DNA of 64,000 nt, taken from IMG/VR virus record IMGVR_UViG_3300005330_000014, positions 1 through 64,000 of that record; one strand, written 5' to 3'. How positions within the stretch are numbered: the stretch's first letter is position 1; every line of letters begins with the position of its first letter. The position numbers and the translations under genes were made by a program. This document shows, one piece after another, positions 30,391 to 40,361 of this stretch. Source of the stretch: a virus (taxonomy: Duplodnaviria > Caudoviricetes). Below the pieces are notes generated by a model. The model made no database searches and was not told the DNA's origin. It saw only the letters and a list, made by a program, of their open reading frames with translations.

Positions 30391-32298
30391 TTAATATTTA
30401 ATCATTTTGCCATCCCCAACAATAAATGGAACGAATGAAGTATTGTAATTAAATTTGTCACTAGTACTCATCATGTCAAAATAACGCTTTGCCATATAAT
30501 TACCTAAATAAAGATTGGTGTAACAATCCCGTCGAATTTGACCTTCGCCACGTATACGTCTAATATTACTAGGTAATTCAAACGTATGAGTGCCTTGACT
30601 TGATACTTGTAATTCGATCAAACTACACTGACTTTTTACATCTTTCATTAAAAACTGTTGATGTTCAATAAAATCAATACGTCTAGAAGCACTATCGTCG
30701 CCATTTTCTTCCCCAGAGTGAATTTTCAATTTATCAAAATTGGGAATAGTTAAATTTTGAAGTATTTCTGATTTCTCATCTCCGGGGATCGCAGCAAACC
30801 ACAATTTCTTATATTCTATTGACCACTGAAGATGCTCATTAGCTCTCCGTTTCCAGTCATTATTAAAATATTGAGAATAACAAATCTTCTTAGCTGTTAA
30901 ATTATAGCTCCGTCTAGCTCGATTCAATTCTCTAATATATTCTTTTTCATCTACATCAAAATCAGCATCAAAAAATTCAAGAATAATCCCACGATCTTTA
31001 AATATTTGAGAATCATTGCACATATTTATAAATTGTGCCCCGCTTCTATCAATAACAATACAAACAAGATTAAACTCAGTAAGTAAGTAAAGTAAATACC
31101 AGATATAATCAGTTATATTCAATTCGCAGGCGGCAAACTGATGGACGAGAGTAACCGTTTGATTTTTTTCATTTAATTTAAATAAACCCATACCAAAATG
31201 GTCAGCCGTGCTAGCATCACTCATTGAGTTAGGGTCAATAGACAAAAGATATTTGGCCCCCTTTTCTCCCACTAACTCCAAACAAGGTTCTTGTCCCATT
31301 GGTACAGTGCATTCTTCCATTTTCTTCATAGAAAAATAACTATCTGAATCGCTGGGAAATTGAGCACAATATTCTTTAGTAAATTCAGCTTTAGATAGAG
31401 AGTTTTTGGCATTTTCAGTGGCCGCCGTGTTCAATAGTCCCTCTGGAGCAGCTTCATAAGACATTTGAAATATACCATAAGAAGCATCTTGGTCTTTGGA
31501 AGGGTTTAAAATAGCTTCCTTATACTTCTTATACATAGTAAACAAATATTCAAATTGATAAGTCGCAGAACTAAAAGCTAAAAATTTATTGTTCTTGAAA
31601 ACGATTCGGTCGGCTTCAGTCATTAGCCCGCGCGCAATCAAATCATCTTCTCTTTTCTTAGTTTTTTGTCTTTCGATAGGATCAACGTTAGTAGATAAGA
31701 AAGGAATAATAACACTTGTAATAATTTTCTCTGGAACGAATCCCGCTTCGTCAAGAATAACAACATTAAAACGATAACCACGGATTTTATCGCCCGATGC
31801 TCCAAGAGGCAAAGCCACAATTTCACTAGTTCCAATTTTCATGAAACATAAATCAGGGGCTTGTCGCTCACTATTTAAGCAAGCTTTTAATAATTCCGCC
31901 CCTTTCATATTGGCTATATCTTGAATACCTTTGAACATTTCACGCGACCGTCTGAAAGTAGGAGTTAGAATACCAATCTTTGCCCCCGGGTAAAGTAAAG
32001 CATATAGAATAATAAACCAAACGGCAACTGTTGACTTACCTACACCGCGCCCCATTATACAAAGAACGTTATCTTTATTGAATAACATCTTAAGCAGTAT
32101 CTCTTGAAACGGATACATTTCGATACCTTTGCCCGCAGTACCCGTGAGCAACTTCATTGTATAAGCCAAGTTATTTTCCAAGAACTTGGCTAGATAATAT
32201 TTAGATTGTTCTTCGTCTATAGTTCCATTGACAGCACCAATTGCTTCATTAATATCTATAATGAATTGTGTTTTTTCGGCTGGTTCTATAAAACTCAT
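30391..32298 (-). CDS. terL: Terminase large subunit
   Basis: Walker A GRGVGKS; Walker B VILDEAG; nuclease LSIDPN and C-terminal RRD acidic residues. Confidence 0.92.
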   Translation of the reverse strand: MSFIEPAEKTQFIIDINEAIGAVNGTIDEEQSKYYLAKFLENNLAYTMKLLTGTAGKGIEMYPFQEILLKMLFNKDNVLCIMGRGVGKSTVAVWFIILYALLYPGAKIGILTPTFRRSREMFKGIQDIANMKGAELLKACLNSERQAPDLCFMKIGTSEIVALPLGASGDKIRGYRFNVVILDEAGFVPEKIITSVIIPFLSTNVDPIERQKTKKREDDLIARGLMTEADRIVFKNNKFLAFSSATYQFEYLFTMYKKYKEAILNPSKDQDASYGIFQMSYEAAPEGLLNTAATENAKNSLSKAEFTKEYCAQFPSDSDSYFSMKKMEECTVPMGQEPCLELVGEKGAKYLLSIDPNSMSDASTADHFGMGLFKLNEKNQTVTLVHQFAACELNITDYIWYLLYLLTEFNLVCIVIDRSGAQFINMCNDSQIFKDRGIILEFFDADFDVDEKEYIRELNRARRSYNLTAKKICYSQYFNNDWKRRANEHLQWSIEYKKLWFAAIPGDEKSEILQNLTIPNFDKLKIHSGEENGDDSASRRIDFIEHQQFLMKDVKSQCSLIELQVSSQGTHTFELPSNIRRIRGEGQIRRDCYTNLYLGNYMAKRYFDMMSTSDKFNYNTSFVPFIVGDGKMIKY

Positions 32299-32301
32299 AA
32301 A

Positions 32302-33210
32302 TTAAATTAGTTTCTTATTAACTAATAATTGTAAATCTGTTTTTTTAACTTTCTTTCCCAATTTTAAAATAAATTCAGCCGTTTTAGCTGCCGATTTCCG
32401 GCCATCAACAAACACTATTTGGAAAATATCAAATTGTTCGTATAGGTCGCGCGCCCGCTTCGCAAGATGGTCAAAAGTTGATTGTATATGTTTAGTCTGA
32501 GGAAGATACTCGATACTTTTGAAATCCGCCCAAGAACTTTCTACTAAAATAACTAAATATCCATGATCCTTTTTCGCACGCTGTAATTCTTTCTGAAATC
32601 GTTCGTATCCCGCTGACATTGTGCCCGCGAAATCACTAATACTCTTACGTTCTATAGAAATTTTCTCATTATTAGCTAAAGCATAGTCACCATAGTGTAA
32701 TTTATGCTTAACAATAGTAATATGTTTATCTAAATTTAATTCTTTTTGTTCACGAGTGTCGATAATTACTTCAATTGGGGCTGCCCAATCTATATCTAAT
32801 TTCGTATTATTGAATCTAATTTGGAAATCTAATTTCTTACAAATTTCATTAAAAGATAAATTAAATTGTTTTTCAAACCAGAGAATGCTAGGTAATCCAG
32901 CCAGCCGTAATTGTGTTTCCCCCGGCGCATACTTCCAATTCTTTTTCAACTTACGTTTAACTAGTAAATCAATAAACAATTCCTTCGCGGCCTCGGGATT
33001 TTTCTTAGCCCAAGCATTTCTATCATTTAAATCTAAAAATTGTGTCTCAAAATATTGTTCAATATCTTTCTTGAATACAACTGGATGACCCGTTAAAGTT
33101 TCGCGCGGCTCATGTCGTTCAAAGTAATCGGCAATTTTAATACTATGAAATTCCCAAAAGTGTTTATTACTTTCGATTTTCTGATTGCATAGTTTACAGA
33201 TATACTCCAT
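32302..33210 (-). CDS. ERCC4/XPF-family structure-specific nuclease with N-terminal zinc finger
   Basis: IIDTREQ, GDY and IERKS motifs; N-terminal CxxC...HxxxxH. Confidence 0.85.
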   Translation of the reverse strand: MEYICKLCNQKIESNKHFWEFHSIKIADYFERHEPRETLTGHPVVFKKDIEQYFETQFLDLNDRNAWAKKNPEAAKELFIDLLVKRKLKKNWKYAPGETQLRLAGLPSILWFEKQFNLSFNEICKKLDFQIRFNNTKLDIDWAAPIEVIIDTREQKELNLDKHITIVKHKLHYGDYALANNEKISIERKSISDFAGTMSAGYERFQKELQRAKKDHGYLVILVESSWADFKSIEYLPQTKHIQSTFDHLAKRARDLYEQFDIFQIVFVDGRKSAAKTAEFILKLGKKVKKTDLQLLVNKKLI

Positions 33211-33212
33211 AA

Positions 33213-34298
33213 TTAACTAATAGCTTCTTCAGTCGTCAATCCTAAACTCAATAAGATAGTATCATTTAACGTGTCTTGTCTTTTAATTTCCGTTTTTCTA
33301 TTTTCTTTTAACAGTGCTGCTTGCTTGAGCATTTTCTTACGATTTTCCTCTTCTCTGAAAAATTCGTAGAGTTGGGCAAGGTTAGCATTCTTATTTTGTT
33401 TATCTTCCGTACGTTTAGATCGTGCAGTATTTAAAATGCCGTAAATTCTTTCTTGGCGCTTAAGTACCTCGTTAAGATGCCCTGTAACTTTTCCGATTGT
33501 TTCAGCCAAAGCCATTGACGTTTTTCCACCTTCGTCATCGGTAATTCTATCTAACATCACATTTAACTTATCTAACTGTTTCTTTAAATCGGAAGCTTGA
33601 ATAATATCATTGCACCAGTTAATATATAAAGAAACTTCCTCGGGCATTAAATCAGGTTTATCGAATACCCCGCGCACGAATTCTGATTCAAAAGCCACCC
33701 GTTTTTCAACACTAGCATAGTTATTAATTTCTTGAATGAATCGCGGGGAATGTAAAAAGTTAATAGTATTCTCTAAGCATCTCTTCTGATATGCCGTCAT
33801 ACTCTGTAAACTTAATCCCGCATTAAGAAATAAATTAACTTTGGCAAGAATTTGATGAATAGTTTTGGGCGGCTCATATTTTTCATCCACTGGCGTTTCG
33901 TCCCCGCGTCGCACAACTTCTTCTCCAATTTCTTTTAAATAAGCATTGATCGCGCGCACTTCACGCCCTAATGGAGTAACTTTAGTATCAGGATTTAAAA
34001 CGCGGGCAATATCTATAACCCGTTGGTCTTTAATATTGTTTTTAATAAATAACTTGTCACTATCACTTAGAATAACAGGCTCTACTTTTTCCCACTCTTT
34101 AGTCTTGGCGCGAATCTTAGCATCCAAAAGAATTTGGCGAACTTTATGACCCGTTGCACTCCGAGGGTCTGATTCTGTTCCGTCAGTAAAAAAAGTAACA
34201 ATTTCATTAAGTCCCGGCGGAGTCCCTTTCTTGGAATTCCAAAAATTTAAAACCTTGGCTTTTTCTTCCTCTGTATAAGTTACATTTTGCACTGGCAT
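33213..34298 (-). CDS. Hypothetical coiled-coil protein (possible terminase small subunit)
   Basis: HTH-like segments and C-terminal coiled coil upstream of terL; function is inference only. Confidence 0.4.
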   Translation of the reverse strand: MPVQNVTYTEEEKAKVLNFWNSKKGTPPGLNEIVTFFTDGTESDPRSATGHKVRQILLDAKIRAKTKEWEKVEPVILSDSDKLFIKNNIKDQRVIDIARVLNPDTKVTPLGREVRAINAYLKEIGEEVVRRGDETPVDEKYEPPKTIHQILAKVNLFLNAGLSLQSMTAYQKRCLENTINFLHSPRFIQEINNYASVEKRVAFESEFVRGVFDKPDLMPEEVSLYINWCNDIIQASDLKKQLDKLNVMLDRITDDEGGKTSMALAETIGKVTGHLNEVLKRQERIYGILNTARSKRTEDKQNKNANLAQLYEFFREEENRKKMLKQAALLKENRKTEIKRQDTLNDTILLSLGLTTEEAIS

Positions 34299-34299
34299 A

Positions 34300-34572
34300 T
34301 TACTTTAATTCTAAATAAGATTCTTTATCTACTTTGACTAACTCTAACCCAAAAGGTTTAGTGTGTAATTCTTCAATATATTTCTTGTGCCTAGCATTTT
34401 CTTTATCATAACTTCCGCCTCGATTGGGATTGTAATACTCGTAAGCCCATCCCTGAATATCTTCGTACTCTTTTGATCCAATCACTAACTGAGTAGGGTC
34501 TGATTTATAAGTCCGCCGGAATTTAGTCCAAAGCTCATTTAAATCTTCTATTTTAAAGTAATCATCGTTCAT
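34300..34572 (-). CDS. Hypothetical protein
   Basis: Co-oriented ORF tightly packed between neighbours. Confidence 0.6.
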   Translation of the reverse strand: MNDDYFKIEDLNELWTKFRRTYKSDPTQLVIGSKEYEDIQGWAYEYYNPNRGGSYDKENARHKKYIEELHTKPFGLELVKVDKESYLELK

Positions 34573-34581
34573 ATTTTAAAA

Positions 34582-35253
34582 TTAAATCATTTCTTCCTCA
34601 ATTAGTATGCTTTTAACTAAATCAACTATCATATCTTTTAATTGCTTAATTGCCCTCATTCCCTGCGCCCGGCTCGAAAACTTTAAATCATTAATTATTT
34701 CAAGATCAGTTTTGTCTTCCAAGTAAATTGCATTAAAAATATAAAATTCATTATAGTTAAGTTTTTCCCTTAACTTATCTTTTAATTCCTCTAACTCTTC
34801 AAAAATATTTGATTCATCCCACGGCTTTTCACTTACTTCTTGGGTATGATGATCTAAAGCTACCGGGAGATTTATATCACACTGCGTTTTTTTTTCGGCT
34901 ACCCAATTCTTGTATATTTTGCAATTTAACGATTCGGTTTGTCCAAATAATTTGCATTGCCCGCCCGTTAGATTGGCAGGACACCCGGCGCAAGGAGAAC
35001 TAAATTTATAATAATGATTTCGTAAATGAGTTTTAATAGCATTACTACAAACTGTAGATAACCACTGAGGTAGTGGTCCCTTATCTGGATCGTATAAATG
35101 CCATTTATTCCATAATCTCATTCTTAATTCCTGCTCAATGTCTTCTTTGGAAATACTGGGAATTGCACCTTGGAGCTTCCACTTCCCAATATTAATAGAA
35201 ATAATCCTATTTATCTCAGGCAAACTTTCTTCAAAATCTAAAGTATTAGCCAT
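34582..35253 (-). CDS. Phage RNA polymerase sigma factor (sigma70 family, probable late sigma)
   Basis: Region 2 (EDIEQELRMRLW...YDPDKG.L..WL..V..N.IK..LR); region 4-like HTH; Cys-rich insert. Confidence 0.8.
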   Translation of the reverse strand: MANTLDFEESLPEINRIISINIGKWKLQGAIPSISKEDIEQELRMRLWNKWHLYDPDKGPLPQWLSTVCSNAIKTHLRNHYYKFSSPCAGCPANLTGGQCKLFGQTESLNCKIYKNWVAEKKTQCDINLPVALDHHTQEVSEKPWDESNIFEELEELKDKLREKLNYNEFYIFNAIYLEDKTDLEIINDLKFSSRAQGMRAIKQLKDMIVDLVKSILIEEEMI

Positions 35254-35255
35254 AC

Positions 35256-36083
35256 TTACTTTTTAGAAGGAGAATACTCTTCAATTTCCCCGAGAGATGT
35301 TGGATACCCTCTCCCCGGCGGATAATTATGTTTTGAATGACTTACATTCTGATTATGATTATTTTGATTATTTAATTCACGGAATTTCTTCGTAATAAAC
35401 TTGCATAAATCGGAACGCATAACATCCTCCTCTGTAAATTCCCAGCAATAGATGCCTTGATCGCGGGACTCTTGATTGTTAAACAAATTATATACAATAT
35501 CGAATCCGCTATTCTTAATATCAGCTTGTTCTGGATCGCCGCATACGAAAGTCTTGCAATATCTACCAATTCTACTTAAAAAAGTCAAAATCTCTTTAAC
35601 TGAACTATTTTGAGCTTCATCTAAACAGAGTGCTTTAACTTGATAATCTAGGCCGCGCAGAAACCCTAATGGCTGGCATACCAAACGATTTTCACTTTCT
35701 AATTTTTTAATTTCGGCTGGAGATAAGAACATATCTAACTTATCCAAGAAAGGCATCATGAAAGGTTGAATTTTCTCAGAGCTATTACCGGGCAGATAAC
35801 CCATTTTAGAATCTGCGCTCTCAACATTGCCGCGCACTAATATTAAATCAGATACTTTCTTTTGATTAAGTAACTGTAACATTGTAAAAATAGAAATACT
35901 TGTTTTGGAAGTGCCCGCGCACCCCTTAACAATCATAATTTGAGTATGAGGATCAAGTGCTAAATCTAAAAATGCTCTCTGATTTTCAGTCCAATTCAGT
36001 TCTTTGATTCTTAATTCAAAATCTATCTTATTCTTTTGAACTACTTTAGGGGACCGATCCTGCTTATTTTTATTTTGTGCCAT
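35256..36083 (-). CDS. phoH: PhoH family ATPase
   Basis: GCAGTSKT Walker A; MGYLPG; LGFLRG; LDEAQN; GDPEQAD. Confidence 0.92.
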   Translation of the reverse strand: MAQNKNKQDRSPKVVQKNKIDFELRIKELNWTENQRAFLDLALDPHTQIMIVKGCAGTSKTSISIFTMLQLLNQKKVSDLILVRGNVESADSKMGYLPGNSSEKIQPFMMPFLDKLDMFLSPAEIKKLESENRLVCQPLGFLRGLDYQVKALCLDEAQNSSVKEILTFLSRIGRYCKTFVCGDPEQADIKNSGFDIVYNLFNNQESRDQGIYCWEFTEEDVMRSDLCKFITKKFRELNNQNNHNQNVSHSKHNYPPGRGYPTSLGEIEEYSPSKK

Positions 36084-36150
36084 ATATTATTGATTATTTA
36101 ATTATATAATTTTGTTTTAACTATTTACTGTGTAAATTATTGACTCCATT

Positions 36151-36423
36151 ATGAATATCGATATGATTAAAAGTTTAGAACATATAGAACCTACCCAACT
36201 TAACAAAATACTTATTATTTACCATACTTTTGAAATATTCGCGAAATTATATAAAAATTTATTAGAATCTAAAAAAATTTCACATTACTCTGTAGAAACT
36301 CAAATTGCATTATCTAAATTAGATAAATGGTGGGAGAACAGAAAGAAAATCCAATATTTTGAACCCAACCAAGATAAACAAGCATTACTTAAATTATTAG
36401 AACTTTGGGAATACTTAGGTTAG
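36151..36423 (+). CDS. Hypothetical protein
   Basis: Preceded by plus-strand late motif TGTGTAAA at 36129-36136. Confidence 0.6.
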   Translation: MNIDMIKSLEHIEPTQLNKILIIYHTFEIFAKLYKNLLESKKISHYSVETQIALSKLDKWWENRKKIQYFEPNQDKQALLKLLELWEYLG

Positions 36424-36998
36424 TATTTAATAATATAATTTAGAATAATTGTTGGCTGTAATTTACTAACAGGATTATTACTTCCTGTATCCCCGGTAGC
36501 CACACTACTACTAGCAGTAGCAACAACAGCATCGCCACCAGAAGCTACTGAAGCTGTGCCACCGTCAATAGGTGAAACTGAATGATGATGAATAGGCAAT
36601 TCACTAATATCAAATACATGACTTTCTTCACCATTTGATGCCCCTAACGTTGTTCCTCCAATATAAGTTGTAGTTAAACGGCCAGCAGCAACGCCACCCA
36701 TATTATCCTTACCCGCCGGGATATTACCTCTTAAATCAGGTAAAACGAACGTGCTAACGCCATCCCCCGCCCCAAAAGTTGTTCCTATAATACCAAATAA
36801 ACTAGAATAAGTAACTCTACTTACTGTCTGACCATAAGAAAGTAGCCAACCAGTCGGAGCAGTAGCTCCCGCATAAGGTAAAACAATACCGGGTGGCAAT
36901 AAAGCAGTTAAACTATTCAAGAAAAGATTTTGCCCGTCAGTGGATAAAGTTGCTGTTCCTAAGAGGATTGAATTCGCGGCAAGTGCTGGAGTAGACAT
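36420..36998 (-). CDS. Second phage tail collar domain protein
   Basis: PPGIVLPYAGATAPTGWLL...VSRVTYSSLFGIIG..FGAGDG..TFVLPDLRG; own late promoter at 37039-37046. Confidence 0.88.
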   Translation of the reverse strand: MSTPALAANSILLGTATLSTDGQNLFLNSLTALLPPGIVLPYAGATAPTGWLLSYGQTVSRVTYSSLFGIIGTTFGAGDGVSTFVLPDLRGNIPAGKDNMGGVAAGRLTTTYIGGTTLGASNGEESHVFDISELPIHHHSVSPIDGGTASVASGGDAVVATASSSVATGDTGSNNPVSKLQPTIILNYIIKY

Positions 36999-37090
36999 TA
37001 TTTAAAAAATGAAATAAATTAACAAAGTTTCGTTAATCTTTACACTTTTCTGAGATTTTCTCTGTATTCACCGAATAAATTTATCAAAAG

Positions 37091-37118
37091 TTGACTTCCT
37101 TAATCTGAGTGATACACT
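37091..37118 (+). promoter_or_regulatory. Sigma70-type promoter for the plus-strand block
   Basis: TTGACT-16 nt-TG-extended TACACT. Confidence 0.6.
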
Positions 37119-37162
37119 GGTAGAATCATATAGGAAGGAAAGCAAATCAAAAGACGAGGAAA

Positions 37163-37720
37163 ATGAACAATATCAAATTACCCTTTTCAGTAGTAAAAAT
37201 TTTAAGTGAGTCCGATGCCATTGATTTAGTAAATAAAGAGCCGAAGAAATGGAATGTTGTTTCTATTTGGTCGGGAGGCGGCGGAAAACACGGCAATACC
37301 CGGCCTGAACACCGCGCGGCCAAAACCTTATGTCAGCATCGTTTTCATGACATAACTTGTACGGAATGGGAAGCACAAGCGGGCGGCTGGATTTTATGTA
37401 GTAAATGGCATATTTTAACTATTTTAAACTATGCAAAAACTAAATACGATGAACCATTATTGGTGCATTGTCACGCGGGAGTTTCTAGAAGTAGCGCAAT
37501 CACTTTCTTAATTCTATTAGATTATTTTAAAGATAAATCAGAAAATCCAATTGACGATACTTTAACTTATTTAAATCAAATCAAACATTGGAGCATGATT
37601 ATTCCCAACAAACATATTTTAAGTTTGGGTATGCACATTCTGGCAAAAGATGCGGGACAAGAGATGGAATGGAATCGCATACTTTACAATCATAATATAT
37701 TTGCTAAATACTACAACTAA
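37163..37720 (+). CDS. Cys-based protein tyrosine/dual-specificity phosphatase
   Basis: VHCHAGVSRSSA (HCxxGxxR) P-loop; FHD acid loop. Confidence 0.88.
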   Translation: MNNIKLPFSVVKILSESDAIDLVNKEPKKWNVVSIWSGGGGKHGNTRPEHRAAKTLCQHRFHDITCTEWEAQAGGWILCSKWHILTILNYAKTKYDEPLLVHCHAGVSRSSAITFLILLDYFKDKSENPIDDTLTYLNQIKHWSMIIPNKHILSLGMHILAKDAGQEMEWNRILYNHNIFAKYYN

Positions 37721-37729
37721 CTAATTTAC

Positions 37730-37803
37730 GCGGTGCTGGTGTTTAATGGCTAGCACGGGAGTTTTCCAAACTTTAGGAAAGGATTCGAGTTCCTTGCGCC
37801 GCA
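37730..37803 (+). tRNA. trnG: tRNA-Gly(TCC)
   Basis: Cloverleaf GCGGTGC/GCGCCGC; anticodon loop TT-TCC-AA; T arm AAGGA-TTCGAGT-TCCTT; CCA not encoded. Confidence 0.88.
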
Positions 37804-37818
37804 CTTTTTAAACAATTT

Positions 37819-38040
37819 ATGTCAACATTTTTATCTGAAAAAAGAGAGTTATTGAATTCACTTTTGAAACAAAGAGAAATTGAATATAATAAATTAGTGC
37901 AAGCCTGTCAGTCGGGCGCTTACAAAGCTTGGAAAAAACGCAGAAAGAATTTAGACAAACTAAATGAACAATTACGAAATTTAAATTGTGGATATGGCGA
38001 TGAAAAATTTTATCAGAATACAAATTCCAAATCACAATGA
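37819..38040 (+). CDS. Hypothetical protein
   Basis: Overlapping ATGA junction with RNA ligase gene. Confidence 0.6.
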   Translation: MSTFLSEKRELLNSLLKQREIEYNKLVQACQSGAYKAWKKRRKNLDKLNEQLRNLNCGYGDEKFYQNTNSKSQ

Positions 38041-38669
38041 TAGAATATCCTTCAATACCTAATTCCAGCAAAGCTCCGCGAAAACATTGCGTAGCTTTTA
38101 ATAAATACGATGGGTCAAATTTCCGAGCTAAATGGACACAAAAACAAGGATTTAATCTATTTGGCACGCGGACCCAATTAATAGATGTTAATACTGAATT
38201 TTGGGGAGAAATGGTAGCAATCTTCCAAGATAAGTATGCAAAAATCTTAGATAAATATTTTAAATCCGAGAAGGATTATAGGAACGAAAGAGAAATAATA
38301 GTCTATGGAGAATTTTTCGGAGAACATTCATTCGCAGGCAGACATGAAAATGAGCCACACGATTTAGTTTTCTTTGATATTTTAGTTGGACATAAAAATC
38401 GCAAATTCATCTCCCCTTTAGAGTATGTAAAAGAATTTCAAGAGATAATTCCCGTTCCTGAGATTATATACGTAGGAAATCTAAACAACGACTTGATTCA
38501 AGACGTAAGAGATAATAAGTATAATTTAAAAGAAGGGGTAATTTGCAAAGGCACCGAAAAATCCGGGGCTTATGTTGGCGGTATTTGGAATTGCAAAATT
38601 AAAACGACCGATTATTTTAATAAATTAAAAGAATTACACGCAGAAGATTGGCAAAAATATTGGGAATAA
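38037..38669 (+). CDS. ATP-dependent RNA ligase (compact Rnl2-like nucleotidyltransferase domain)
   Basis: Motif I KYDGSN; III VYGEF; IIIa FFDI; IV EGVI; V KIK. Confidence 0.85.
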   Translation: MIEYPSIPNSSKAPRKHCVAFNKYDGSNFRAKWTQKQGFNLFGTRTQLIDVNTEFWGEMVAIFQDKYAKILDKYFKSEKDYRNEREIIVYGEFFGEHSFAGRHENEPHDLVFFDILVGHKNRKFISPLEYVKEFQEIIPVPEIIYVGNLNNDLIQDVRDNKYNLKEGVICKGTEKSGAYVGGIWNCKIKTTDYFNKLKELHAEDWQKYWE

Positions 38670-38673
38670 ATCT

Positions 38674-38880
38674 ATGAACGATAGATCAGAACGGCAAGGA
38701 TGTTATATTAGCGTAGAGGAAGCTAGAAAAATAATTACAGAGTTTATCAAAAGTAAATATAATAGAACAGTTGATTACATAGATGAAGATTACGAAATGG
38801 CAACTTATGATTTAGAAACTGGGCAAACTCTTTCTGAAGTGCTGGCGGGATTTAACGTCAAATTTAAAAAACAACATTAA
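38674..38880 (+). CDS. Hypothetical protein
   Basis: Operonic ORF. Confidence 0.55.
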   Translation: MNDRSERQGCYISVEEARKIITEFIKSKYNRTVDYIDEDYEMATYDLETGQTLSEVLAGFNVKFKKQH

Positions 38881-38889
38881 AAAATAACA

Positions 38890-39291
38890 ATGAATACTAT
38901 AATCAACCTCTTAATTCAACATGACTTTTTAGTTTTACTAATTAGTTCAATTTGGGTATCGGCAATGATTTCCCTTGCGGCAAAAGAGGAAGGAATATTT
39001 ATTCCCTTAATCGTATTGTCGTTTCTTGTATTATTTGTAATAACAAATTTACTCCCGCCTTATGGCAATTGGGAAACTGCAACTGTTACCGGAATAATTC
39101 CAGCCGCCGAGTTACAATCAATAGAAATGCCCGACCATACTATTGAAATTTGGCATGGCGAAAAGAAAATATGGGTTTTGAGTCAACTGAAAGATTATTT
39201 AAAGAAAGATAAAATAGATCATATGGAATATAGGCATAAGGATTTGTTTGGAATTGATTATGATAGCAATAGATTGATATTTGAAGACTAA
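38890..39291 (+). CDS. Membrane protein (two N-terminal TM helices)
   Basis: Hydrophobic N-terminal half. Confidence 0.6.
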   Translation: MNTIINLLIQHDFLVLLISSIWVSAMISLAAKEEGIFIPLIVLSFLVLFVITNLLPPYGNWETATVTGIIPAAELQSIEMPDHTIEIWHGEKKIWVLSQLKDYLKKDKIDHMEYRHKDLFGIDYDSNRLIFED

Positions 39292-39682
39292 GTTTATGAG
39301 CAATACTTATAAAGACGCTAAATTACAACGTAAACGACGTTTAGTTAAAGAAATTAGAAAACGTAAAAAAGAATTAGGCTTGTCTGATGTTTTATATTTT
39401 GAATGTGTTGATTCTGAATTGAATGGAATGATGAAAGAATTAAAGAATATTCAAATTGAACTTGGAATTAAGAAAGGATTTAAACAAGAGCGCCGACATT
39501 CTGCCGCGCATCGCCACGCCGCCATGAAAAATTCTAAGAAATGCGCCCGAATTAATAAACATGTTAAAAATCGAAAAGAATTACAAGCTACGTTGAAAGA
39601 AGATTTTTGTCATAATTGCAATTGTATTCCTTGTTGTTGTCAAATCGGGGGATACTCTGGCGATGAAGAATGCGGCTACTAA
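39281..39682 (+). CDS. Hypothetical basic protein with C-terminal Cys cluster
   Basis: Operonic ORF; CHNCNCIPCCC. Confidence 0.55.
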   Translation: MKTKFMSNTYKDAKLQRKRRLVKEIRKRKKELGLSDVLYFECVDSELNGMMKELKNIQIELGIKKGFKQERRHSAAHRHAAMKNSKKCARINKHVKNRKELQATLKEDFCHNCNCIPCCCQIGGYSGDEECGY

Positions 39683-39685
39683 ATT

Positions 39686-39973
39686 ATGAAACTTTTTAAA
39701 TTAAAACAACAATTGTTAAAACGAATTTCCAAACTAGAAAATAGATATGGAAAAGGTTATCCTATAAAACGTTTAGAGTATGCTCAAGAAGCAGTAATTA
39801 ACGTTCTTTTAAATTATCTAAAATCTTTAGAGTATCATTATCGAGATGACATATTTTTGAAGCCGCGCGGCCATAAAAACCATCCAGAATATAACGAAGC
39901 AATGAACTTTCTCAAATTACATGGAGAACAAATAGATGACGATGTATTCTCAGAATATAGATTAAAAAAATGA
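39686..39973 (+). CDS. Hypothetical protein
   Basis: Operonic ORF. Confidence 0.55.
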   Translation: MKLFKLKQQLLKRISKLENRYGKGYPIKRLEYAQEAVINVLLNYLKSLEYHYRDDIFLKPRGHKNHPEYNEAMNFLKLHGEQIDDDVFSEYRLKK

Positions 39974-40176
39974 ATATCCCAAAACATTTAGTTCCATTTA
40001 CAGATGGAGATTTAGTATGTTATAGGCAATTACACCCACCCGGGGAAGATGAACACTATGAAATAGTTGACAGATTGGATACTAACGCGGGATTCGCTAG
40101 AAGTTTACAAACAGCCAAATTTATAGTAGATTCAATTAACTTAGCTTATAAAATAAGCAAAATACACGGAGAATGA
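39970..40176 (+). CDS. Hypothetical protein
   Basis: ATGA overlap with upstream ORF. Confidence 0.55.
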   Translation: MNIPKHLVPFTDGDLVCYRQLHPPGEDEHYEIVDRLDTNAGFARSLQTAKFIVDSINLAYKISKIHGE

Positions 40177-40187
40177 ATCCGCGCTGC

Positions 40188-40361
40188 TTACTTATGAAGC
40201 AATCCACCAATTAAAGGAATAGCAAAGTAAAGTAATTGAACCAAAGCAACTAAGCCTAAAACAATATCAACAACTTTCTTAAACCACTCTGGAGTGACTG
40301 GGATTGCGTGATTGATAAGGTATAAACCAAGTAAAACAACTAATAGTATTAATAGTGACAT
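40188..40361 (-). CDS. Small two-TM membrane protein not in ORF track (MSLLILLVVLLGLYLINHAIPVTPEWFKKVVDIVLGLVALVQLLYFAIPLIGGLLHK)
   Basis: 57 aa; two hydrophobic helices; late motif AGTGTAAA ends 9 nt upstream of the ATG. Confidence 0.7.
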   Translation of the reverse strand: MSLLILLVVLLGLYLINHAIPVTPEWFKKVVDIVLGLVALVQLLYFAIPLIGGLLHK

